NCBI GenBank assembly: GCA_009693165.1
Contig: SHXX01000002.1
Coordinates: forward strand, 17,423-81,422
DNA: 64,000 nucleotides
Direction of reading: 5' to 3'
DNA from: Chloroflexota bacterium
GTDB taxonomy: Bacteria; Chloroflexota; UBA11872; UBA12225
Shown: positions 46,244 to 56,128 of the stretch, in pieces
Layout: each line of letters begins with the position of its first letter
Numbering within the stretch: position 1 is the stretch's first letter
Position numbers and translations under genes: made by a program
The notes under the pieces: model-generated
What the model was told of the DNA's origin: nothing
The model's database searches: none
What the model saw: only the letters and a program-made list of their open reading frames with translations

Positions 46244-48340
46244 ATGCCAGAACCCCGGCCTGCTTCGACGCTCGGAATTCGCCTTGACGGCGGTTCGCCA
46301 AGACGCGCCTATCAGACAATGGGAGCGCACCTGGCCTCGGTCGGATCGGTCGAAGGCACCCGGTTCACTGTCTGGGCCCCAAACGCGCATTCCGTGTCCG
46401 TAGTCGGCGACTGGAATGCATGGCAGTCGCCGGGCCACTTGCTTGAGTTCGATCACCTCAGCGGTATCTGGACCGGGTTCATCCCGAATATCGGGCACGG
46501 CGCGACCTACAAGTACGCCATCGTATCGGCATCCGGTGGTGTGACCACATTGAAGGCCGACCCATTCGCGTTCGCGAGTGAACTTCGTCCCCACACGGCG
46601 TCGCGGGTCTGGAGACCGTCTACTGAACCGTGGAACGACGGCCCATGGGTTGCATCCCGGCCCTATGCCCAGGCCACGAACCGTCCCATCTCGATTTACG
46701 AATGCCATCTTGGTTCGTGGCAACGGTCACCCGAAACCCCGAACCTCCCGCTTGGGTACCGTGAGCTCGCCCGGCAGTTAGCCCCATATCTGCAATACCT
46801 TGGCTACACGCACGTCGAATTGCTTCCGGTGACCGAATACCCGCTGGATGAATCCTGGGGCTATCAGGTCACCGGCTACTTTGCGCCGACCGCAAGGTAC
46901 GGAACACCGGATGACTTCAGGTACTTCGTGGACCACCTGCACCAACACGGTATCGGCGTCATCCTCGACTGGGTACCAGGACACTTTTGCAAGGACCGGC
47001 ATGGACTAGGCCGGTTCGATGGCACGGCCCTGTTTGAGCACGGAAGCCGCGTCCGTGGGGAACATCCGGTCTGGGGAACCTATCAATTCGACTTCGGGAG
47101 GCCTGAGGTCCGGACATTCCTGCTCGCAAGCGCCCTCTACTGGCTGGAGGTTTTTCATGTTGATGGTCTGAGGGTCGATGCCGTCGCGTCCATGGTCTGG
47201 CTTGATCACGGGCGGCCGCACGACCATTGGGAACCAAACGCGTGGGGACGCACCGACCATCCCGAGGCGGTCGACTTCCTGCGCCGACTGAACCGGCTCG
47301 TCCACCGCGAGGTGCCTGGCGCCCTGATGTTTGCCGAAGAGGCAACGACCTACGAGTGGGTCACGCGTCGCGACCCACTTTCGGGACGATCGGGAACACG
47401 GCCTCCACCCGCGGACGGACCGATTGACGCAATCACTCCTGCCCCGGTTATCCCGGCCGAAGCGGCATTTCGCAGCTCAGGCGGTGACTCGCTTGGGTTC
47501 GATTACAAGTGGAACATGGGTTGGATGCACGACACCCTCACCTATTTCGAGGCACCCCACGGCAATCGCGCGGGATTGGCGGAGAAGCTCACATTCCCGG
47601 TCTGGTATGCATTCGACGAACGGTTCGTCCTGCCACTCTCGCACGATGAAGTCGTCCATCTCAAGCGCGCCCTCCTGACCAAGATGCCTGGTTCCGACCC
47701 GGATCGCTTCTCAGGATTACGATCCCTTTTCGCGTACCAATACGGACACCCGGGCAAGAAGCTGCTCTTCATGGGTTCCGAATTCGGCCAGTGGGGCGAG
47801 TGGGCCGAGGGTCGCAGCCTCGATTGGCACCTTCTCGAATTCGCAGGAACCGACGGGGCCCAAACCGCGCTTCACCGTGGCATGCAGGAATTGGTGCGTG
47901 CCCTCAATCGCATCCACCAGACCTACGGTGCCATGCACGCCCGCGACTCGCAGCCCGAAGGGTTCCGGTGGCTCCGCGCGGAAACCGCATCGCTCGGGGT
48001 CATCGCATTCGTCCGCTTTGGAACGACGAATGACCCACCCGTGGTTGTGGTGTGCAACTTCTCTTCGGAGGCAATTGCCTCACTCGCGGTACCCGTCCCG
48101 AAGGGCGGCCGATGGGAAGAGATACTCAATAGCGACGATCCGGCGTTTGGCGGCTCCGGCACGGTAAACACGGAAATCCTGCCGGCGCGTGTCCGGTCCC
48201 ATACTGTCGTGACGCCTGGCGCCACCGATCGCGCGCCACCGCGACGAAAGCGTCAGCGCTTGACCCAAGCGATCATCACGATTGCTGCCAACTCCGTCAG
48301 TTTCATCGCTCCAGTGGGTCGGAAGCGTGTGCAACGGTAG
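46244..48340 (+). CDS. glgB: 1,4-alpha-glucan branching enzyme
   Basis: GAHLASVGSVEGTRFTVWAPNAHSVSVVGDWNAW ... YKYAI ... ESWGYQVTGYFAPTARYGTPDDFRYFVDHLHQHGIGVILDWVPGHF ... HVDGLRVDAVASM ... FAEEAT ... KWNMGWMHD ... LSHDEVVH. Confidence 0.92.
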   Translation: MPEPRPASTLGIRLDGGSPRRAYQTMGAHLASVGSVEGTRFTVWAPNAHSVSVVGDWNAWQSPGHLLEFDHLSGIWTGFIPNIGHGATYKYAIVSASGGVTTLKADPFAFASELRPHTASRVWRPSTEPWNDGPWVASRPYAQATNRPISIYECHLGSWQRSPETPNLPLGYRELARQLAPYLQYLGYTHVELLPVTEYPLDESWGYQVTGYFAPTARYGTPDDFRYFVDHLHQHGIGVILDWVPGHFCKDRHGLGRFDGTALFEHGSRVRGEHPVWGTYQFDFGRPEVRTFLLASALYWLEVFHVDGLRVDAVASMVWLDHGRPHDHWEPNAWGRTDHPEAVDFLRRLNRLVHREVPGALMFAEEATTYEWVTRRDPLSGRSGTRPPPADGPIDAITPAPVIPAEAAFRSSGGDSLGFDYKWNMGWMHDTLTYFEAPHGNRAGLAEKLTFPVWYAFDERFVLPLSHDEVVHLKRALLTKMPGSDPDRFSGLRSLFAYQYGHPGKKLLFMGSEFGQWGEWAEGRSLDWHLLEFAGTDGAQTALHRGMQELVRALNRIHQTYGAMHARDSQPEGFRWLRAETASLGVIAFVRFGTTNDPPVVVVCNFSSEAIASLAVPVPKGGRWEEILNSDDPAFGGSGTVNTEILPARVRSHTVVTPGATDRAPPRRKRQRLTQAIITIAANSVSFIAPVGRKRVQR

Positions 48341-48349
48341 CCAATGGAC

Positions 48350-49558
48350 CTACGTAATCGGTGACCGCATAACCGGCGGCACTGTCCCAGCCGCAAGGGC
48401 GTGGTACCAGGCCTCGTACGCGTCAATGGTCCGTTCAGGGTCGAACACAACGCGCGGGTCCTGCTTGGGGACGAGATATCGCGCCCGGTTGTTGAGAACC
48501 CGCACCAAGGCATCGGCCAGACCCTGCCAATCATGGGGACGTACAAGCTCACCCATTCCAGTGGTTCGGATCGAAACCCGGACACCCGGAAGGTCCGATG
48601 TCACTGCGGGAGTACCGCACAACATCGCCTCGTTCTGCCACATCCCCCACGATTCCGTCGAGTTGGTTGAAGGGACCGTCGCGACGTCGCACATCCGGTA
48701 GAAATTGGGCATGTCGGCCGGATTGACATTCCCAAGGAATGTCACCCGGTCACGAACCGGGGCCAGCAACCCCTGGCATTCGTCAAAGAATGTTTCGCCT
48801 CGGACTTGGGCAAACTCACCGGCGAACACGACATGGGCGTCGGGAACCGATTCGAGAACACGGGGAATGGCACGAAGCAACACGTCCCCACCCTTGTCTG
48901 CCGCAAACCGACCGGCAAAGCCAATGATCCGCCGTCCGTCAAGACCAAGGCGCGTCCGCCATGCCTGTGCTTGCGCGTCATCGGGTGTCCCAATCTTGAT
49001 GGGAGGGAACACCGTGCGCAGCTTGGACCGGTTGTGCGAGAGGAACCGCGAGTACGCCGCGTAGTCCTGTGAGTACGAGATGATCAGGTCCGCAAGATCA
49101 CCGGCGTACCGCAGTTCGGTGTGCATGGCCGCGGTGATTGCGTCATTGAGCAGGCCGAATGGCAGATAGATGTCACAGTGATGGGTGAAGATGACTGGCT
49201 TGTGCATCCAACGCGCGATCCGTGTCGAGATATACGCGTCCAGCAATCCTGGCACGTGGCGATGGAAGATGTCGTGATCCCGGAGCAATCGCTGGAGGTC
49301 GTACCAGAAGAGGGGCATCACAACCCCTTTGCGGAAGCCGAAAAGGACCCGACTTCGGACCACCTGAACGCCACCCACCGTCTCGCGCAACGGCAGACGC
49401 GGGTCGTGATGCGAGCACAAGATCGTCACCTGATGACCGCGACGGACAAGACCCTCCGCAAGCCGTTGCGCGTAGATGGTCATGCCACTGATGTACGGTA
49501 GGTAATACCCCGTGAACATCAGGATGCGGTGTCGACGTGATGGTGCAGCGGAATTCAT
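48350..49558 (-). CDS. glycosyltransferase family 4 (GT-B fold)
   Basis: RILMFTGYYLPYISGMTIYAQRLAEGLVRRGHQVTIL ... GFAGRFAADKG ... VPSTNSTESWGMWQNEAMLCGTPAVTSD (EX7E-like region). I take the ATG at 49558; the track ORF extends to 49624. Confidence 0.85.
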   Translation of the reverse strand: MNSAAPSRRHRILMFTGYYLPYISGMTIYAQRLAEGLVRRGHQVTILCSHHDPRLPLRETVGGVQVVRSRVLFGFRKGVVMPLFWYDLQRLLRDHDIFHRHVPGLLDAYISTRIARWMHKPVIFTHHCDIYLPFGLLNDAITAAMHTELRYAGDLADLIISYSQDYAAYSRFLSHNRSKLRTVFPPIKIGTPDDAQAQAWRTRLGLDGRRIIGFAGRFAADKGGDVLLRAIPRVLESVPDAHVVFAGEFAQVRGETFFDECQGLLAPVRDRVTFLGNVNPADMPNFYRMCDVATVPSTNSTESWGMWQNEAMLCGTPAVTSDLPGVRVSIRTTGMGELVRPHDWQGLADALVRVLNNRARYLVPKQDPRVVFDPERTIDAYEAWYHALAAGTVPPVMRSPIT

Positions 49559-49651
49559 TTGGAAGCCATGGGCGCGTTCACAGGACGCTTCACCGCACTC
49601 GGCGGCGCGCCTGTCAGGTTGCACGAAAGCGTATCTGACGACGGCACGGGG

Positions 49652-50440
49652 TCAGCGTCGACGACCGACGATGATGATCCGTGGACTGCCGTGCCTGAAC
49701 GGTTCCAAATCGTACGACCCGTAAAGATCCTCGATCCTCAACCCCGATTGTTCCACAAGCAACTCAAGTTCTCCGACGGCAAGGTATCGAAGCCGGAATG
49801 GCACGAGATGCCTGCGGACCAATCCATCGCGATCGACGTCGTCGTAGTAGTTCGTCACCGTTACCAGCTGTTCGCCCCGGTCAACTGACAGCGACTGAAA
49901 GTGAAGCAATTGCGATTGATCGGTGCGTACCTTCAGGCAGTGCAGGTAGACCTGTCCCTCCTGTGCACTGTCGGGTAGTCCGTCATCGGGATTGAAAATA
50001 TCGATCACGAAGCGACCGCCAACCCGGACGTGTCGCGTCGCCGTCTCGATGGCCTCGCGTTGTGCCTGACGCGTCTCGAGATGCATCAGCGAGTTGAGCC
50101 CGACCATCACGAGGCCGAATTGCCGTCCCAGATCGTAGGAGCGCATGTCGGCTTCGACGAGTGTGACCCGCGCGCCCTGCGATGCCCGCGCGACCTTTTC
50201 TCGCGCGACGTCAAGCATCGCCGGCGACACGTCGATACCGGTCAACAATGCGCCTGCACGCGCCAGCGGAACCAACAGCCGTCCAGTTCCACAGGCAAGT
50301 TCCAGAACGCCGTCTTCCCCGACATGCCTTGCAAACCCTTCCCACATCGGGAGGTCTTCGCTGTACGACGCATGCTCATCGTCGTAGTACTTGGCAAAGC
50401 GATCAAAGTCGGAGACGGTAAGTGGGGTACGCATCATCAT
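49652..50440 (-). CDS. class I SAM-dependent methyltransferase
   Basis: FAKYYDDEH ... VLELACGTGRLLVPLARAGALLTGIDVSPAMLDVAREK ... DMRSYDLGRQFGLVMV. A triple ATG sits at 50440-50432; the track ORF extends to 50521. Confidence 0.85.
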   Translation of the reverse strand: MMMRTPLTVSDFDRFAKYYDDEHASYSEDLPMWEGFARHVGEDGVLELACGTGRLLVPLARAGALLTGIDVSPAMLDVAREKVARASQGARVTLVEADMRSYDLGRQFGLVMVGLNSLMHLETRQAQREAIETATRHVRVGGRFVIDIFNPDDGLPDSAQEGQVYLHCLKVRTDQSQLLHFQSLSVDRGEQLVTVTNYYDDVDRDGLVRRHLVPFRLRYLAVGELELLVEQSGLRIEDLYGSYDLEPFRHGSPRIIIVGRRR

Positions 50441-50508
50441 TCCGGTCCTATGGGACCAGGACTTGTCGGCACAAATGTCAAGGGAAGCCGTGCTTGGTCC
50501 CCGCCTGC

Positions 50509-51576
50509 TCAGCGTCGCCAAATCACCAAGGTTTCAAGCGCAATCATTCCAAACGTCAGCATCGTGGTGATCAAGGGCGACCACATTCTGAGCGACGCCA
50601 GGAACGCAAGCCCGATGAACAGGACACTGACCAGGACTCCCTGCCTGACACTATGCAGCCAGACTGCGTCGCGATAGCGCCGGGTTCGCCCGTACGCCAA
50701 TCCAACCGCTCGACTTATGGGAGCGACTGTGGCGGTAACTGCGACAAACAGGAACGCCATGAACCAGATCAGCGCATACGGGGCTGTCGGTTCAACGGAG
50801 AACAAGAGGCCACCGAGCGCACCCCACGCGGGCACCGCAATCGCAATCGCAATCAAAACCCCCGGTGAGGGCAGGAAGGCGACCAACGTCGATAGGCGGG
50901 TCGGCGGGACCGGCGGCACTGGCACCCATTCCTCCGGATTGATCGGAGTTATTTCCAGGGTGGGCCTGAGGGAACTCCTGAACTGGGCAAACGTGGCAAT
51001 CCGGTCGGCAATCCGACCGAATGTCCCCCATGAGACGGTTCGCGCCGGCCGATGAGGGTTTGCACCCGTTCCCGAAATTTCACGCACCACCACCGGTGCC
51101 GAACGACGGCGACGAGGCTCAAGGGCATTGACCACCCGCATTCCACCGGCAGTGCCAACCGGCGTGACCGGAGGAGTGGGCCTCGCACCCGGTCTCCATC
51201 GGCGAATCCGGTCGGTGTCCGAGATGACGCGGGCCTCGACGTCAACGATCCCACCATCTACCGTAGCACCGTCAGGCCGGGACGCAGCACCACGGATGAC
51301 TGGCAATCCAGAGGCAGTCGCCCGCCGGCCGACATCGTGGTTTCGCATCCTCGCCTTCTCGATCACGACACCACCTGATCCCGTTTCTCGCCTACTGCCG
51401 ACATTCTTCATTGAAACGGACCGGATCCGGGATGCGTATGGGGCGCCTCGAAACCGACTATCCGAGGCAAATTCGCAGATGTCATCCTTCGTTCTGGCAT
51501 CCCACCGACGCTCATGCACTCGTGACGAGCACGGGCAAGCGTATGGCGGAATGCGGGACGAAGCCCACTGATGCAC
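50509..51576 (-). CDS. hypothetical membrane protein (C-terminal multi-TM domain, Arg-rich N-terminal region)
   Basis: The C-terminal ~130 aa hold four hydrophobic segments: VLIAIAIAVPAWGALGGLLF, YALIWFMAFLFVAVTATVAPI, VLVSVLFIGLAFLASL and LITTMLTFGMIALETLVIW. The N-terminal ~220 aa are Arg/Pro/Gly-rich, so the real start is probably well downstream of 51576. Confidence 0.45.
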   Translation of the reverse strand: MHQWASSRIPPYACPCSSRVHERRWDARTKDDICEFASDSRFRGAPYASRIRSVSMKNVGSRRETGSGGVVIEKARMRNHDVGRRATASGLPVIRGAASRPDGATVDGGIVDVEARVISDTDRIRRWRPGARPTPPVTPVGTAGGMRVVNALEPRRRRSAPVVVREISGTGANPHRPARTVSWGTFGRIADRIATFAQFRSSLRPTLEITPINPEEWVPVPPVPPTRLSTLVAFLPSPGVLIAIAIAVPAWGALGGLLFSVEPTAPYALIWFMAFLFVAVTATVAPISRAVGLAYGRTRRYRDAVWLHSVRQGVLVSVLFIGLAFLASLRMWSPLITTMLTFGMIALETLVIWRR

Positions 51577-51612
51577 GGCGCCCCGGCCCGGGTTCCGATC
51601 AGTGAGGCCCGT

Positions 51613-53532
51613 TCACTCGCGACCGCCTGTCAGATCGGCGAACGCCCGCGATCCCGGCAACCGCAGGTCGCCATTGCGACGCGTGACCTTCTCTCGATCC
51701 AGATACTCAAGAAATGGCAGCACATATTTTCGACTCGTGCCGATCAGGTCGCGCGCCTCGGCAACGGTGATTTCCCCACGGACCCGGAAGTGCCGGCCGA
51801 CGCGTGTGACCATCTCCTCGAACGCATTCCTGTCGAAATACACGTCATCACTGACCTTCACCAGCGCACCGGTGACGACCAGTGCACCAACAACCTCTTC
51901 GAGAGAAGGCGCTCCGCGAACCTCCACGATCAGAGCAGCCAGTTCTGTCAACGTCGGCGGCGCCAACGGCACCCGCCCGATTGCCGTGGTGATAGCTTCG
52001 GAAACCAGAAGCGCAGCGCCAGTGAACCGAACCAGATGCCCAGCCGAACGGACACCCGTCCCGCCGTCAACCACGGCGTCAAGCGAAGCCATCCGCGTGA
52101 GCGCGCCTGCAAAGACCCGTGTGGGCAACCCGAGGCGGTTCTTGAGCTCCTCTTTCGGCATGAACGGCCTCAAGGGAAACTCGCTGTGGTAGGCATCGAG
52201 CGCCGTCACAAGCCGGTCACTGACCCGGTTCCATCCACCCCGTGTGTAGGTCAGTCCTCCAACCGGGACGATCTCACCTTGCGCCAGAAGCGCCTCAATC
52301 AACGGTGGGACAGTGGCGGGCATCAGTCCACATGCCGCGATCAGGTCGCCACTCGAAGCAGGTTCAATGCGGGCAAGGGTTCCAACCACCACATCTTCGG
52401 GAGACCCGTCGGCAAGCACCTCAAGGGCGGCGACCAAACCAGCCTGGTGCCGGCGGCGCACCGCGGGATGCGCGTCAATAATCCGCCCGCCGCCCAATGT
52501 CTCGCCGGGTGACAACGCACGGATGATGAAGTCATCATCGCGGGCAACCGCAACCGGGTGCGCAAGGCGCAGGTGGACCCAACCAGTCGCCCCCTCCTCG
52601 ATCCGGTCCCCCTCCAGGATATGGACGCGCGCGATCGTCTCCGACGTACCGGTATGAAACCCGACAAGCGCACCGTGTGGGAGCGGTCGTGACACCCCGG
52701 CAAGGATCCGGACCCGAACGTCGACGGCAAGCGTCGGACGCATGACCCCCGGTAGCGACACGACCGCACCCCGTCCAAGATCATCGATTGCGACACCCGC
52801 CAGGTTGATTGCAACCCGTCTTCCTGGACGAGCAACACCCACCTTGGTCCGATGGCTTTGGAGACCACGGGCACGGGTCCGAAGCCCATCCGGAAGCACT
52901 TCAAGCTCCTGTCCAACTTCAAGGCTGCCATCGCGGAGTGTCCCAGTCACGATCGTGCCAAAACCCGCCAAGGAGAACACCCGGTCGACCGGCATCCGGG
53001 GACGACCAAGGTCGCGACGCACTGGCGCGTCATCGAGTACGGCCACCAGCGCGGTCACGAGTTCCGGCAGGCCGCTGCCCGCCAACGCCGACACCGGCAC
53101 GATTGACGCACCCGACAGCGACGTCCCGCGCAGTGTCTCGCGCACCTCCTCCGCGACGAAAGCCCGCCATTCATCGTCCACCAAGTCTGCCTTTGTCAGC
53201 GCGACGACGCCGTGCTTCACCCCGATCAAGTCCAGAATGTCGAGGTGTTCGCGGGTCTGGGGCATGATGCCCTCATCGGCAGCGATGACGAGCAGCGCCG
53301 CATCTATTCCACCCACCCCAGCCAGCATGTTCTTGATGAACCGTTCGTGCCCGGGGACGTCGACGATGCTGATCTCACGACCGTCAGGTAGCCGCAACCA
53401 GGCAAACCCGAGGTCGATCGTCATGCCACGCGCCTTCTCTTCGCGCAGGCGGTCTGGATCTATCCCGGTCAGTGTCTCGATGAGTGTCGATTTACCGTGG
53501 TCAACGTGACCGGCAGTCCCGATCGTAAGCAT
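51613..53532 (-). CDS. selB: selenocysteine-specific translation elongation factor
   Basis: From the ATG at 53532: MLTIGTAGHVDHGKSTLIETLTG ... DVPGHERFIKNM ... ALTKADL (G1, G3, G4), EF-Tu-like domains II and III, then a long winged-helix C-terminus ending ITVAEARDLIGTSRKYVLPFLEYLDREKVTRR. Confidence 0.9.
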   Translation of the reverse strand: MLTIGTAGHVDHGKSTLIETLTGIDPDRLREEKARGMTIDLGFAWLRLPDGREISIVDVPGHERFIKNMLAGVGGIDAALLVIAADEGIMPQTREHLDILDLIGVKHGVVALTKADLVDDEWRAFVAEEVRETLRGTSLSGASIVPVSALAGSGLPELVTALVAVLDDAPVRRDLGRPRMPVDRVFSLAGFGTIVTGTLRDGSLEVGQELEVLPDGLRTRARGLQSHRTKVGVARPGRRVAINLAGVAIDDLGRGAVVSLPGVMRPTLAVDVRVRILAGVSRPLPHGALVGFHTGTSETIARVHILEGDRIEEGATGWVHLRLAHPVAVARDDDFIIRALSPGETLGGGRIIDAHPAVRRRHQAGLVAALEVLADGSPEDVVVGTLARIEPASSGDLIAACGLMPATVPPLIEALLAQGEIVPVGGLTYTRGGWNRVSDRLVTALDAYHSEFPLRPFMPKEELKNRLGLPTRVFAGALTRMASLDAVVDGGTGVRSAGHLVRFTGAALLVSEAITTAIGRVPLAPPTLTELAALIVEVRGAPSLEEVVGALVVTGALVKVSDDVYFDRNAFEEMVTRVGRHFRVRGEITVAEARDLIGTSRKYVLPFLEYLDREKVTRRNGDLRLPGSRAFADLTGGRE

Positions 53533-53651
53533 GCCATTCCTCGCGATTGCAGCGGGCCTGCCGGTGTAGGGGAACCAGATCGGACGCCAGTGGGTAGCCA
53601 ACCCCAGAATACCGGGTCACGCGAGGAAACTGGGCACCCCACTGTGGTCCA

Positions 53652-55991
53652 TCAATCAGTATTCCGAGATCGGCCTCGTGTCCGGCGACCACGAACGACT
53701 CGGGCAGTCATCGGATCAGGTTGACGTGGACGGGTCGGCGGTGACGTTCGGCGGCGCGAAGTCCCGGTGCCCCCATCCAAATCCTGATCAGCACGATGGA
53801 TGTACCGGCACTTCGGATAGCCACTACACGCTGTGAATGGCCCCCAGGAACTTGTGCGTGCCACCATCGGCGCGCCGCACATGGGACACGCCACCGGTGC
53901 GGTGAGATCCGCAATCGGGACCGCGCCCAGTACCGGGGCCGGGCCATTCCCTCTGGCGGCAGTGGGAGCCAGACGCGCGTTCCTTGCCGGGGAGCGACGC
54001 CGGGGAGTTGCAGGTCCGCCGCGAACCTCGGTCGCATCTGCGGATGTAACAACCCCTTGGGCAGCCCGGGTACGCCTGGTCGATCTTGGCGGAACGCCAT
54101 CGTCAGGCCCCAATTCGCCCGAGGCTGCGACTTCGGCATTGCCCGAACTCCCGGTTGATCGCACACGCCGTGTCCGAGTCTCCCCGCCCGCCACCCGCTC
54201 ACCACCAAGAGTTCCTGCGGGAACCACCAAACTCACCTGACTAGCCCGGCCCGTCGGGGCCGCGCGCGACGCCTCCGTGATGTTTGCCGAGAACGGGCCG
54301 TGGAAGTCCGCCAACATCGCCTGCCAGCCAATCTTCCCTTCCGCGATTTGATCGAGCTGGTCCTCCATCCGCGCCGTAAACGCCACATCGACGATGGATG
54401 GAAACCGTTCCAGCAAGTAGTCGATCACCCCATACCCGAGTGGCGTGGGCACGAACACCCTGGATGCCTGGCCAACATAGCCCCGTTCTTCGATGGTCGA
54501 CACGATGGACGCATAGGTCGAAGGGCGACCAACGCCAGCCGCCTCAAGCGCGCGCACCAGCGTCGCTTCCGAATAGCGCGGGGGTGGCTTGGTGAAGTGT
54601 TGCGCGGGATGCACTGCATGTGCCTGTAGAAGCTGATCGCGTGCCAGCACCGGCATCCTGGAATTCACCGGCGGCGGTATCTCGCCATCGGCAAGCGTCT
54701 CGGCCGGAGCACTCCCGCGTTCGGCTGAAGCGCCGTACAGCGCAAGCCATCCCGCGAAAACCAGGGTCGAAGCGCGTGCTTCAAGCGTCATCCGCGCAGG
54801 CAATCCGCCCGTACGAAGCGCCACGATGGTTGCCTTGTCAGTACGGATCCGAGCCGCGGCCATCTGGCTGGCAACCATCCGCTGCCAGATCACTTCATAC
54901 AGGCGCCCCGCATCACCCCGAGCCATTCCGCGGACTGTTTCCAAACGTCGAGCCACATCAACCGGACGGATCGCCTCGTGCGCCTCTTGCGCATTGCGGG
55001 TGCGTGTCTGGAACCGTCGTGGTGACGACGGCAAGTACTCGGACCCGTAGTCCGCTTCAATTACCCGCCGTGTCGCAGCAATTGCCTCTGGACTGACCGA
55101 CACGCTATCCGTGCGCATGTAGGTGATCAGGCCGTTTTCATAGAGTTCCTGCGCGAGTTGCATCGTCCGTTTCGCCGACAAGCGCAACCGCGTCCCCGAC
55201 ACTTGTTGCAAGGTACTTGTCGTGAACGGAGGCGGAGACATCCGGTTGGCGTCGGCAGACCCAACCTCAAGGACGCGGAAGGTTGAAGCCGAAAGTGCAT
55301 CGATAATCGTGTCCACCGTCGACTGGTCGGGAAACGCCGGGTCCGCGCCGTCGACCCCGGTAACCCGGGCCAGGAAGTGGTCGGCCTGGGTGGCCCCGGG
55401 CACTGAAAGTTCCACATCAACCGTCCAGAACTCTCGGGTCACAAATGCCTGGATCTCGCGTTCACGGTCGACAATCAGGCGAAGCGCAACTGATTGCACC
55501 CGCCCACCCGAAGTCCCACGTGCCACCGCACGCCAGAGAAGCGGGCTGACCCCATACCCGACAAGACGGTCGAGCACTCGTCGGGCCTGTTGGGCATCGA
55601 CAAGTGAACGGTCAATTGCCCGCGGCTTTGCCAACGCCTGACGCAAGGCACGTTCGCTGATCTCGTGGAACACGATCCGCGAAGTCCTTGCAGGCGTCAG
55701 TCCGAGGGCCTCGGCGACGTGCCAGGCGATTGCTTCGCCCTCACGGTCCGGGTCAGTCGCCAGCAGGATTGCCTCGGCACCGCGTGCCGCGCCACGGATC
55801 GAAGCCAGGGTGCGCTTCGCCCGATCGAGGACCTCATATTCCGGCGCAAAACCATTCCCGACATCAACGCCGAGCCGTTTGCCAGGCAGGTCGCGAACAT
55901 GGCCCATCGTGGCGATCACGCGGTACCCAGTCCCGGCGAACGAACCAAGCGTCCGGGCCTTTTTCGGACTTTCGACAATGATCAACCGCAT
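53652..55991 (-). CDS. topA: DNA topoisomerase I
   Basis: MRLIIVESPKKARTL ... ATMGHVRDLP ... LATDPDREGEAIAWH (TOPRIM), ITYMRTDS (active-site Tyr region), and a C-terminal zinc ribbon CPMCGAPMV ... CSGYPKCRY, followed by an Arg-rich tail. Confidence 0.95.
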   Translation of the reverse strand: MRLIIVESPKKARTLGSFAGTGYRVIATMGHVRDLPGKRLGVDVGNGFAPEYEVLDRAKRTLASIRGAARGAEAILLATDPDREGEAIAWHVAEALGLTPARTSRIVFHEISERALRQALAKPRAIDRSLVDAQQARRVLDRLVGYGVSPLLWRAVARGTSGGRVQSVALRLIVDREREIQAFVTREFWTVDVELSVPGATQADHFLARVTGVDGADPAFPDQSTVDTIIDALSASTFRVLEVGSADANRMSPPPFTTSTLQQVSGTRLRLSAKRTMQLAQELYENGLITYMRTDSVSVSPEAIAATRRVIEADYGSEYLPSSPRRFQTRTRNAQEAHEAIRPVDVARRLETVRGMARGDAGRLYEVIWQRMVASQMAAARIRTDKATIVALRTGGLPARMTLEARASTLVFAGWLALYGASAERGSAPAETLADGEIPPPVNSRMPVLARDQLLQAHAVHPAQHFTKPPPRYSEATLVRALEAAGVGRPSTYASIVSTIEERGYVGQASRVFVPTPLGYGVIDYLLERFPSIVDVAFTARMEDQLDQIAEGKIGWQAMLADFHGPFSANITEASRAAPTGRASQVSLVVPAGTLGGERVAGGETRTRRVRSTGSSGNAEVAASGELGPDDGVPPRSTRRTRAAQGVVTSADATEVRGGPATPRRRSPARNARLAPTAARGNGPAPVLGAVPIADLTAPVACPMCGAPMVARTSSWGPFTACSGYPKCRYIHRADQDLDGGTGTSRRRTSPPTRPRQPDPMTARVVRGRRTRGRSRNTD

Positions 55992-56128
55992 CGCTGTCTA
56001 CTCTCGCCCGTCGCAATGGAGGGAGCACCACCGTTTGCTCAGGCAGGGGCACGTTTCCCGGCACGCGTCATGTACCGTGCGCCCGCGCCTGTCGGGGATA
56101 CTACCTGGGCACGGAAGGAATAGGCACC

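Noticed and set aside
50821-50850. Short tandem repeat AATCGC x3
   Set aside because: It lies inside the membrane-protein ORF, where it encodes the IAIAIA stretch of a TM helix. It is not an independent repeat element.
53533-53651. Candidate location for tRNA-Sec (selC) next to selB
   Set aside because: No T-arm consensus (GGTTCGA[AT]TCC or its reverse complement) and no cloverleaf-compatible pairing are visible. A covariance-model scan would be needed to be certain.
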